Origin: Podarcis filfolensis
Taxonomy: Eukaryota
Strand: one strand, 5' to 3'
DNA: 64,000 nt
NCBI GenBank assembly: GCA_964270895.1
Contig: OZ185444.1
Positions 25,580 through 36,428 of the stretch are shown in pieces (position 1 is the stretch's first letter; every line of letters begins with the position of its first letter). A program made the position numbers and the translations under genes. The notes below the pieces were generated by a model that was not told the DNA's origin, searched no databases, and was given only the letters and a program-made list of their open reading frames with translations.

Positions 25580-26068
25580 CCGTATTTTTCGCCCTATAGG
25601 GTGCACCGGCCCATAGAGCGCACCTAGTTTTTTTTGGGGGGGGGATAGAGAAAAAAAATTTTCCCCCAGGCGTGGGGCTGGGACGGGGGAAGCCCGAGCT
25701 TCCCCCGACCCCTGCCCCCAGAACAGGCTGCTATCCGCAAGCCTAGGGAGCCCGGCGGGAAGTCGCGCCGGTCTCCCCAGGCTTGCGGATATCTGCCCGA
25801 AGCCCGGGGCGCGCTCTGCTGCGCTTCCCGGGTTTCGGGCTGCAGGCTGCTGTCCGCAAGCCTTGGGAGCCCGGCGGGAAGTCGCACTGGGCTCCCAAGG
25901 CTTGCGGATAGCTTCCTGAAGCCTGGAGAGCGAGAGGGGTTGGTGCGCACCGACCCCTCCCGCTCTCCAGGCTTCAGCGAAAGCCTGCATTCACCCCATA
26001 GGACGCACACACATTTCCCCTTCATTTTTGGAGGGGAAAAATTGCGTCCTATAGGGCGAAAAATACGG
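25580..26068. mobile_element. Young Tc1/mariner-superfamily MITE with internal hairpin repeats
   Basis: 21-bp perfect TIR CCGTATTTTTCGCCCTATAGG. TA TSD at 25578-79 and 26069-70. CpG-rich interior with two ~68-bp repeat units. Confidence 0.9.
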
Positions 26069-26669
26069 TATATTTTTGGTTAAGTCTCATTTACTTCAAT
26101 AGGACATGTTTTTATTCACGTATGTTTGGGACTGCAGCACTAGTAGCTTCTGATATACTGGGGGGGGGAGGCACTGAACTTTGGTCTGTATCCAAAAAAG
26201 TCTTTCCTCGTTAGCACAAGGAGTTCCTCTCCCTCTTCTCTTTCTGCAAATCCCCCCAATCTGTTCTCAAGGTTCCCCCCCCCCAAAAAAAACCCCCTAT
26301 GGAGCAGAGGTGGGGAAAAGGAAGTCTCGTTGCAAAGGCAGGAGTCTGAATATATAGCCACAGAATCAATGAGTCATGTACATTCGACCAGCTGTGCCTT
26401 ATAAGTCTTATAAGGCTGAAGTCTTCTGCAGGGAAGCTGTACCTATATTGCACTATCTTTGTATTACCTAGCTCTGGTTTTCATATTTTTTAATCCACAT
26501 TTATCTTACTGTGAATATTTTGAGAAAAAAAAATCTGGGGACAAAAAACATCTGGGCTACACACGGTGTTGCTGGTAAAAAAATATTTCCTGAAACTGTT
26601 TAATCACATTAGGATTTACTGTGTTGCCCTTCGCAGAAAATGTTATTGACAGAATGTGCTTTTATTTAC

Positions 26670-26754
26670 CATCTGATTCTGAAGCTGCTCGGATGATCAA
26701 GTAGCTGCTGGGTAATGGTTGTGTTATGGATCCAACAGCTTCACCTTTAGGACC
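26670..26754 (-). CDS. OSBPL8: OSBPL8 coding exon 8 (PH)
   Basis: GPKGEAVGSITQPLPSSYLIIRAASESD, 85 nt. Confidence 0.97.
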
Positions 26755-28339
26755 CTTAAAATACAAACAATATAGATGCAAGAGATTTAGATTAAATTTG
26801 AAGGCACAATTTTAATAAAATATCTAGGATTCTCTGTCAATCAGCAATTGCTATTGCAATAACTATGTGACCAATGGTCATACTTCACTGGAATCTGCTC
26901 TTCAGATTAATTTAAAAAATATCTCCTATTTTGGATCCCCCTCCTCCTCTTAAAAGATCTTTAGAACTAAAATTTCCAGGTGCTTCTCACACTCACTCCT
27001 GTATTATTATTTTTCTAAGAAAAAAACATTATAGAGGCCAAAATATTGGTGGCATTAAAAACTCTGATTACTCATTCATGTTGGGGTGGGAAGCAAGAAA
27101 GAAATGACAGCAAGAATACATTTAAGCAGAACATGCAGCTGGCGAAGAAGAAAGGCACAGCCAACACCATCTGTACGCTTCCTTTCTTCAATCACTGTTG
27201 AGAAATTGGAAGGTAGCTCAGCTACAAGAAAAACGTCTGGAGAGTTGGAATGATCCTCATTTGAAGCTCATGGACTCCCAAATGTGTGTAGATAAACAGG
27301 AGGGGGTGGACAGAGGACACTACAACTTAGTACATAAGAAGAGTCTGCTGGATCTCCCAACAACTTCTCGTCTGGCAGTGGAGGTGGAACATAGCCATCA
27401 TGTAGCTATTGACAGTCTTCTCAATTAATTAATTTATTTAATCTTCATTAGAAACCATCTAAATTGATGACCATCACTTCCTCCTGTAGTAGCGAGTTCC
27501 ATAGTTAACGATACGCTGTGTGAAGAAGTCAACCTTTCCTCACAAGGGAGCTGCCCCATACAACCGCCCAAACATTTTGGTTGGGTTTACTGGTTAGCAT
27601 TCAGAATATTCAGTAGCAGAGCCAAAAGGCATAGAAGTTATACTGCCTCATGTATCAAGAGATCCAAACATCATTAAGTGTAATTATGGATTATCACAAG
27701 AGATCCATCCACAAATGGACTGGGCCCTTTTTGGCTGTCTTGGGGATGAAAGTACATGTAATTCAGGTGATGCCTTTGTTCCTAATATCCAGGGCTGATT
27801 TCTGCTGCTAACCCATTTTAAGTGGACTCTAGGTGGGGTATGGAGGCACAACATAAGACCAATAAAAAGTAACAAACAGGAACTTAAAACAGCAAAGTAA
27901 AAATGTGGCAATTTTTGATGTTTTAAAAGAGAATCTTCCCAATACAATTTTAAAGCACAAATCATTAAAAAGCCTGAGAGAATGAAAAAATATTATCCTA
28001 ATGCCTACAAGATAATAAAATAGGTACCATTAGGGATTCAGGCGCTGTTACACAGCATTACTGTGCACATTTTGTATGGGCAAAGATTATGATTAGTGGC
28101 TGCTTTCACAATAAAGACCACACAGGATTATGCAGAGGGCCAATACTTCTCCAATGCAACCACACTGCTCAGGGCTTTGGTATGTCAGAAAATCAAGCAA
28201 ATTTAGCAAAGGGATAGCTGAGCTGACAACTGAAAGCACACTGAGATCATTAATATTTAACAGTGCAGATAGGTTTAATGTGTCATTGGTGTAATGTTCT
28301 ATTCAACGCCACCTGCATTAAGAATACATATTCACTTAC

Positions 28340-28543
28340 CTTAACAGCCCAGATGGATTGCTCCAAAGGATGGAAAAGTTTGAAACAAAATCCATCCTTT
28401 TTTGAAGGCCGCTCAATGAGTTCACAAGCGTTCAGAAGTACTGTTCCCACCCACTGGCCGTTTTTGGGAGTTTTGTAAATAAGCAGTACTCCAGGTTTCA
28501 ACACACACCAAAGTTTGGTCCAGCTTTTCAGTGTACCTCGAAT
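28340..28543 (-). CDS. OSBPL8: OSBPL8 coding exon 7 (PH)
   Basis: IRGTLKSWTKLWCVLKPGVLLIYKTPKNGQWVGTVLLNACELIERPSKKDGFCFKLFHPLEQSIWAVK, 204 nt. Confidence 0.98.
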
Positions 28544-29698
28544 CTTAACAGAAAAAAGAGACTTTTAATTGTAAGTACATTTTTAAGTACATTTCAGTCC
28601 CAATCCCTCCTGGCTAAGCAGTAAGACCCTTCTTACAATATACACAACCAGTTCAGAATTGCAAAAATGAAGAAGAGTTATTCAAATCTCACACAAATAC
28701 TTATAGGCACAACACATCTTAATGTTTGTATACTGGTAATTGAGTGTAACTAGTAAATCAAATTACCAAAGGATATCAACTGCACCATGCAGACAGTATT
28801 CCTTTAAAATGAAAACTAATTTACTATGTCAGACGTTATTTTACATATGTAAATAAATACAGAAACTTGAGATGATTCCCATGCCTGCAGAATATGTCTC
28901 AACTGACACCAGTAGAACCTACTGGTTAGGGAATGTACTTGAAATATGAAATGCAGGTTCAAATCCCTAATCAGAAACAAAGATCACTTTGTAGCCTTGA
29001 ACAAATCACACTCTCTCAACCTAATTTAACTTTCATGGGTTTGTGAGGATAAAACATTGCCTTTGAGAAGAGCAGGATACAAATGTAATCAATCAATGAA
29101 AAAAAGTAGTATGTTAACAGCCCTTACACTTTAGCCAATACAGTAAAACAAGGTACAAACAACAAGTTCAGGTGGAATATTTTATTGATCAGCAGAAGTA
29201 ATTTAATTCTCCTGTGACGTGCAAGAAACACACTGACATTAAGCAGCTTAGATTATTTGATACCCGTGCTACTTTTACGTCCTCTTCCTGGAGCTATTCA
29301 TATCATCATTGAAATTCACACATTTGAAACTCCCAGAGCTTTAGGCTATCATGTATGAAATGTGGCTTGGTGAGTCTGCAAGAAGGAATCTGTTTTAAAG
29401 TAACAGTTTCCTGTTTCCAGAGGAATCACTCATAATTCACATTGTATTGAATATAAAGTGATCACCAATTCAATTAGTCACTGCAGACAGATGTAGCCAT
29501 GGCAACCACTGTAAAGCAGTGGCAAGGTGTCCCCGTTGGTTCCCTATGCATCAAGTACTGAGCCTCTGGGATATAATTAATGGAGATTTTTCTAGTGGTA
29601 AACATCAATCAGCAACCAACTAGGATCTGAATTCTTTTACATTCTGACAAATAAACAACAGCTACAACTTTCACTCAATATTACACATAATTCCTGAC

Positions 29699-29800
29699 CT
29701 TCAGCCAGTCAGCCATAACAATGACTGATGGGTCTGTGATTGTGCTAAGTAGTTCTTTTGTGGCTCTTTTCTTCTCTTCCCTGTAATTTTTCTTTTGAAC
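29699..29800 (-). CDS. OSBPL8: OSBPL8 coding exon 6 (polybasic pre-PH)
   Basis: VQKKNYREEKKRATKELLSTITDPSVIVMADWLK, 102 nt. Confidence 0.98.
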
Positions 29801-31625
29801 CTGTAAATAATGAACGAACAATAAATTCAGAGGGTAAGAAATTTAAGAAAATGGAAGTCGTGGAGCCATAAATGCAAAGGTCAAAACAAACTGCAACATG
29901 CTTAGTTCAATCCATAGTAGTATGAAGAAAACGAAACAGTGGCATTACATAATATTGCCTTCAAACCAATTTCATATAAAGCAGGAATTGGGGAACCTGA
30001 GACCCTTCAGATATTAACTCTACAGCCCCCATCAGCCCCAGCCAGCATGGCCAGTGGTCAGGGATGATGGGAGTTCAGCAACATCTGGAGACTTGAAGTA
30101 GGGGTGGGTTATGATATATTGATATTTTGTCTCTTACTGCTATGAACTCCAGACCGCAATAAATGTTTCATATTTTTTTACCCTGTAATATATTGAGAAT
30201 GCACTGCCCAGCTTGCAGGCAGGAAGCAACACTTTACTGCAAAGTAAAGGCCATGTTTTTTGCCTGCCCAATCTGCAAGGCATAAGCCCATGCCGCCTCC
30301 CAGCTGGCGTTGCAGAGTAAAAGGCTTTACTTTGAAGTAAAAGCTGCTTTCTGCCTGCAAAATCTGTAAGGCGTAAGACAGACCCAGCATAGCAATAAGC
30401 TTCCCTGCCAAGGGAGGGAGATTCTGATCAGCAAATATCCACGTGGCTTTGCTCTTGCTTTTGTTATGCAGGTTGGTTTAAGGCACACACCTCACTTCTT
30501 GCTAGGCAGAATAGAGACCCAGCTTCCTGGCTGATCTGATAAGCAAACAATGTTTCTTTCCCCCTCATAAGATCCACATGACAGAATAGACACCCAGCAT
30601 ATTATCAGGCTAAGCAGACATTAGAGTCTCTACAAGAGCCTTGTGGATCTTATTTGCTTGCTTATAGGAATCTTTGGTCCTCAGCAGTGCTGTGGACAGA
30701 GAATCGGCAAACAAAGTTTCTTCTTCCTGATACGATCAGTTTGGCTTGGCTTGGCTCCTGCTTCTGTACAGGCAAGGAAGCAACAATTTACTTTTGCAGT
30801 AAAGGCTTTGTGCATTTGGAAACTAAGATGCGGACGATGCTGATGACTGGGCTGCTGCCGCCAGTTCAAATTTTAATTGCTGGTTTTAGATATATAGTGG
30901 TGCATTTTAAGTATTGTTTTTTAAGCAGTTTGTTTTTATTATTCTTTGTTCTATGACTGGTGTTTTTAAATGTTGTAAGCCGCCTTGAATTTCAACTTGG
31001 CAGGATATAAATATGTTATATAATAAATAAATAAAATAATATGAGAGGCAGTGGGGTGGAAGAACCCATGGAAGGCTTTTCACTCAGCAAAGTAGTAATG
31101 GGCTGGTAACACATTTAATATTTCCAGCAGAAACAAGTCATGCCACATTCAAAGTGGTGGACAGCTTCTGTGCATCCCTAGCAGCAGCAACCAGCACACC
31201 ATATATACTTTATCTGTAGCCTAGTTTTTACAAAGGTGATGAAGTCATGTCTGGGCTACACCATTTTAGACCACAGGTGGGAGTTAATAAGCCTGAATAA
31301 TACCTGCATGAAAGTGAGCCCATAAACAGGTTTACAAACTCAAATGAGAACCAGATCTGCAGAGGGCAAAAAGTAATTTAGCTTCTTCTGTGTCCTCTCC
31401 CACACTCTAGAACTAGAGGGCTATGTTCAGGCTAGAAAAACACAGTGAATTCTAGAGAAAATTACGACATTGGTTGAAGAAACAGCAGCACATCTTGGAA
31501 TGTTCTAGCATTTCTTTAAAGTTATTGTGTATCTCACATTTGTCTTCTGAGACCACTTAGAGGTGTCGTATTCTATAGCCAAAAGGCTGGAGATGGTAGG
31601 TTTTCTATTCTGGAAAGCAACTCAC

Positions 31626-31721
31626 CTTAAGAGACTCCTTCTTTGTGAGCTTGGTAGTAGAGGAGCTGGGGGAGGAGGCAGTGATGTCCTTCTCAGAGCC
31701 ATTATAAAGCTTAGATTCTGA
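31626..31721 (-). CDS. OSBPL8: OSBPL8 coding exon 5
   Basis: SESKLYNGSEKDITASSPSSSTTKLTKKESLK, 96 nt. Confidence 0.96.
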
Positions 31722-32624
31722 CTGAAAATATACATAACACAAGGAAATAATTAATGAAGGATTAGAGCAGTTGCTGTTCAGTCAAACTTCAAGTGAAACA
31801 TAGAAGCTACAAGTTTTTCAGATTGCTGCTTGCTCCCTTTATGTCGCTTCATTTAATCAAGGCATAGAAAGAGCTTGTAAATGAATCCTTCGTGTGGTAC
31901 TTCAAAACATTGGCTTCTTCTGTCATATCATTTAACAATAACCCAGTTTGAAGAAAGGAGTCAAAAACTTGACATTGTCCACTGAGCTTTACACATGCAA
32001 ACACAAATAGCTTTTCTTGTCCAGTGCCACCTACACACTTACTTACCCCCTGGCCCCTCAAGTAAAACATGGAATTTCTCCAGACTAAGATCTGCTCCCT
32101 GAATCTGTTATATCGGTGTTATTCAAATACATTATTATTTCCCCAAAACACCCTAATTCTAGAGATCCATAACTTCACCTCACTTAAGTGCCTTTACCAC
32201 TGAAAATATTTCTTTATTAAACATGCTGCTGTGGCATCACATGGCTTTTATTTATCCTGCCTTGAAAGTTCTAAAAATGGTTTCTCTGCATGTGCCACCC
32301 AATAGCTTGGGGGGGGGGCTGGTTGAGAATGACAGATGAACCCTGCAGAGTTGCAGAGCTATTCTAGCAGTCTATCATCACTCAACATTGGTTGATAATG
32401 TAACCAAGTTAACTCATTAGGAACGTCTCAGCATCTTGTACTGACTAAAAATAAACTTTGGATGAGTTACAAGGCATTTGTTACCCTGTATAGGAAAACA
32501 CGTTTTATTGACACAAATTGTTTAATACTGAGATGCCCAGGAGCCAGCCAAATCTGCTGGCTAAAATTAAGGCTATTCCCCCCCCCCAAAAAAAACTATT
32601 TTACTAAGTTTTCAGAGACAGACA

Positions 32625-32661
32625 GAGGGAGGGAGGGAGGGAGGGAGGGAGGGAGGGAGGG
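32625..32661. repeat. (GGGA)n microsatellite
   Basis: About 9 tandem GGGA units. Confidence 0.9.
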
Positions 32662-32869
32662 AAAGCGAGAGAGCACACACATAAACACCCACCAATCTCA
32701 AGAAAATGAGACAAAAACTCTAATCTACCAAGCTCAGCCACATGTACACATACGAAAGTACATACTTTCTTAACCTGGATTTGGCACAGTGAAAGCTTTG
32801 GTCACCTTGGCTTTTTATTTGTATGAGGAGAGGAACTCCAACGTTGTTGCTTCTCCTTGAGCTCTCAAT

Positions 32870-33242
32870 GGCTCTTCATACCATTGACCATGGTATCCTC
32901 ATGGACTGGCTCCATTAAACAGAAGTTGGAGGCAGTGTATTACTGTGGTTCTGTCCCTATTTGATGGCCCAAGTTTAGAGAACCGCTCTGGGAGATTTCT
33001 GTTTGTTCCCATGGAATTATATTGTGGGGATCAATTCTGTCTTCCATGCTGTTTAACACCTAAGTGAAGTCATTGGGTGCCATCATCAAAGGATTCTGGA
33101 TGAGTCATCATCAAGGCACTCTGCTCTATATCTTTTCCAACAGAAGCAGATGAAGCTGTTCAGAAGCTGAACTTGTGCCTGGGGTGGGGACGAGTGGGTG
33201 GTCTGGATGGGAGCCAAAAACCAAGCCTGAACCCTGAGAAGC
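32870..33242 (+). mobile_element. Degraded L2-type LINE reverse transcriptase fragment
   Basis: Broken frames read HGIL..WL..VGGSVLLWFCPYL..GSILSSMLFN..LGAII..HQ..LYI..WMGA..LNPEK. The YADD catalytic segment is deleted. Confidence 0.7.
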
Positions 33243-33875
33243 GTTCTATGGCTTGGTAGTTTGTATCTTGTTCAAGTGTGAGTTGCACTCACCATAAAAC
33301 ATATAGCATGTAGTACAGTAAAACCCGCAACTTACCTGGGGGCTATGTTCTGGGGATTGCGCCTAAAACCAAAATCATGTATAGTCAAAATTCATTGGAT
33401 TCAACGGCAGAGAGGATTGCCAAAGTCATTTTCCCCAGAACCCCATCCCCTTTCTATTTTTTAATTGACATGCATGTAAAGCTGAATGTGCACAAGTGAA
33501 ATGCACATAAATTGCAGGTTTACTTGTGGATTCTACCTTGTCATTGGAGGCTCCAATGCCTATTGCCAGCTATGGCTAGTTCATCTAAAATAATATGCCT
33601 CATACTTAACCAAGTAGCTAATAGAATTCACCAAAGGCCCACTGCATCTCCTGAGCAGCCCTCACTTTTTTTCACAAACTGGCTTTAAAAACAAATATTA
33701 GTGCTTGTTTTTGTGCTATAACCAAAGATTACACATAAACATAATTCACCTTACTATTTAAAATAAGCCACAAATGAGATAGGTAGGGAAAAGATTAAAT
33801 TAATTGCAACTACGTACCCAAGCTCACTTAGATGCATCAAACTGAACTATGCTGTCTGAAGGTTAAGGTGCTCAC

Positions 33876-33946
33876 CTTGCTTTTTGACATTGATTGTGTA
33901 GAATCATCTTTACTTTGTGAGGCATCATCCTTCCCTCTGTCAAAAC
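33876..33946 (-). CDS. OSBPL8: OSBPL8 coding exon 4
   Basis: GFDRGKDDASQSKDDSTQSMSKSK, 71 nt, phase 1 in, phase 0 out. Confidence 0.95.
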
Positions 33947-36292
33947 CTTGAAGAGAAATTGAAATGGTTTCAAAAAATCAGTGTATCCCATATGCCATTA
34001 AGGTTGAAATCCTAAATAAGTCAAAGCTATTAAAACTCTGACCAAATATACTTAGGGACATGGTGTATATGTCACCATTTGTTCACCAAATGTTTTTGTA
34101 ATTCCTTTACAACTAGGATTTTTTTTGTTTAATATTAAAGCCATGTTGTGTGAGACCTAGGGTCCAAAAGTGGTTATGTTCCCAACCTACAAAGTTCCAA
34201 GCATGAATGGTAGTTATCAACCCTGTCCCAATTTAATGCATTTGTATTTTACCTTCCAGGCATTCAGAGCTACCTCAATTACTCAGTTATATGAAAATAT
34301 CCAACTACAGTACTAGTAGCACGTAGCACAACATAGATAAGCACAGAGAGTTTCAGTCCACGGGAGAACTGGCTTGCCAGCCCAGCCCCAGGTTACAGCA
34401 GTTCCAACAATGCAAAGCCTTCTCATCAGGCATCAGAAAAATAAGATGGAAGTGGATCTAATAATAAATTCATGATCGAGTAAGCCGCTAGGATTAGGCA
34501 TTATCATATTCACACCATACCACCACACACATCCAGGGATGTGAACTAATCAATGGAGCATAAAACAGAATGAAGCAGAGCTTGTGCAAAGCCAAGTAAG
34601 GAGAGTAGTGCTAACAAGCCATTTCTACTCCTTGTGTTAATAAAGGCAGATCGGAGTAACCACAAAGCGGCAAGTGAATTCACTTATCTTAATCAGAAAT
34701 TCCTCAGCAAAGTATTAGCTGCAAATGTTATCTTCCTGGTAAACTTACCAGGAGCTTGGGAAATTCCCTAGAACAATTTGGGATTAACTGAGATTTGGCA
34801 GCAACTTCTACATGCACAGCCTGTATGTGTCCAAATGTCTTTGGACATTTGTATGGGCAAGGGCCAGTGCGCAACATCTTACTGCTCCAAGCATTCATGT
34901 ACCTTGTGATATGTCTAGAGAATGGGGCTCATGACACCATAATTAATGTCTAGGGTGCTCTACTCTTCATACAAAGTCAGTGAGCAAGTTACACGCACAA
35001 AAACTGGTTTTAAAAAAGAAAGAAGGAATGTGAATCAAATGCCAACCACTGACATATTCAACAGCATGAAATTCATAACAACAGATACTGTGTTTCCCTC
35101 GCCCAGATAATTCATCTAAAAGGCTATAATTAAGGTAAGGTTGCAGTACCTAAGTTAACTACACTGTCTTGCATTTGAGATCTAGCACACATACATCTCA
35201 CTTTGTCATCTGTGAGTATTAAACCACTCTAAATGTCAAGCTGGACTTTTAGTAAGATATGGCAAAAACTCAGTAAAAATAACAACATACTTCCTTACAA
35301 GAGTTGTTATGCAACTTACTGGCTTGGTTCAGATATCCTGAAAACCAAACTATGAAAAGGAAACATGCAATGTTGTGGTCACATTCAGAACTCTGCAATA
35401 AGTGATTGAAGCTGCAGTTATACAAGTACAGCAAATCTGCTTGTCCTTTGTTTTGTTGTATAAACGTTTATTACTTACACAAAAAAACATGAAAAGAGGG
35501 AACATTATTTCTAGTTTCCAGGGGATTCACATCATGTTTGTGTTGAAACTACTAACCACAAAAGAAGAGGTAGACAACTAATAGGTACATTAAAATGCAA
35601 TTAGCTTGAAGGTTGCAATTGTCTTAAATAAATCAATTTTTACAGTAGTACTAACTCACACATTTACAGTAACCTTGCAATTGTGCATTTTCAAGACTGA
35701 TCAAGTCCATTAGAACCAATGCAAACTAGATTACAACATTATGAGTATTTCCAAGTTATTATTTACATTATTAAGGAATGTAAGGATTAAAGGACACAAC
35801 ACTGATTAACATGGCCTCAAATTTTACATTTTAAGATTACTTCTAACAGTCAAAAGTCCTGCTGTGTTGTCTACTCCAGATTTCAAAAGGACCTGCACCT
35901 AATTAGAAGCCATGTTCCGTTTACTTGAAAATCATTTGGTTGTAGATTCCAGTATGTTGAAAATTCTCTTAAATTGCAGGTAAGAAAGACACCACCCATA
36001 TTCAGTCAAGTATCATTCTCATTATATAATATCAGCATCATCATCATCATGTACAATCCCACGCAATCTACAATGAAGCACTTCGTTCTTAATGCTGAAC
36101 TTAAAGAAAGCGCTGCCCAAGAACACATGCCAACCATGAATCATTATTTCCAAACCTCATTTTATTTTATTCAACGTGAATCCAAGTGCTTTTTCAGCTT
36201 AGAAAATTGCTTTTTTTAAAAAAAGTGGTATTTGTAGAAGCTTTTACAATAAATATTTTCATGAGAACATTAAAAAGTGAGACAAAACAAAC

Positions 36293-36428
36293 CTCGGAAG
36301 ACTGGTGAAAGTGCATTGTATCCTCCGAATGAAGCATTCCGGACAAGTTTCCGACCATCAGCCCGTGGAGGCAGCGAAACTCCAGCACATGAAGAAAACC
36401 TACGTCGCTGTGGACCTTCTGCCTTCAT
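36293..36428 (-). CDS. OSBPL8: Alternative first coding exon of OSBPL8 encoding an ORP5-like N-terminus
   Basis: ATG-initiated, 45 codons + 1 nt: MKAEGPQRRRFSSCAGVSLPPRADGRKLVRNASFGGYNALSPVFR|g. Donor GAG|GTTTGT is phase 1, matching the 33946 acceptor. Aligns to recalled ORP5 MKEEAFLRRRFSLC...PQKVDPRKLTRN. Confidence 0.8.

Noticed and set aside
34745-34900. Strong donor CTG|GTAAGT with an upstream ATG frame
   Set aside because: The ATG frame ends in phase 0, incompatible with the phase-1 acceptor at 33946. The phase-1 frame has a TAG 19 nt upstream. No homology.
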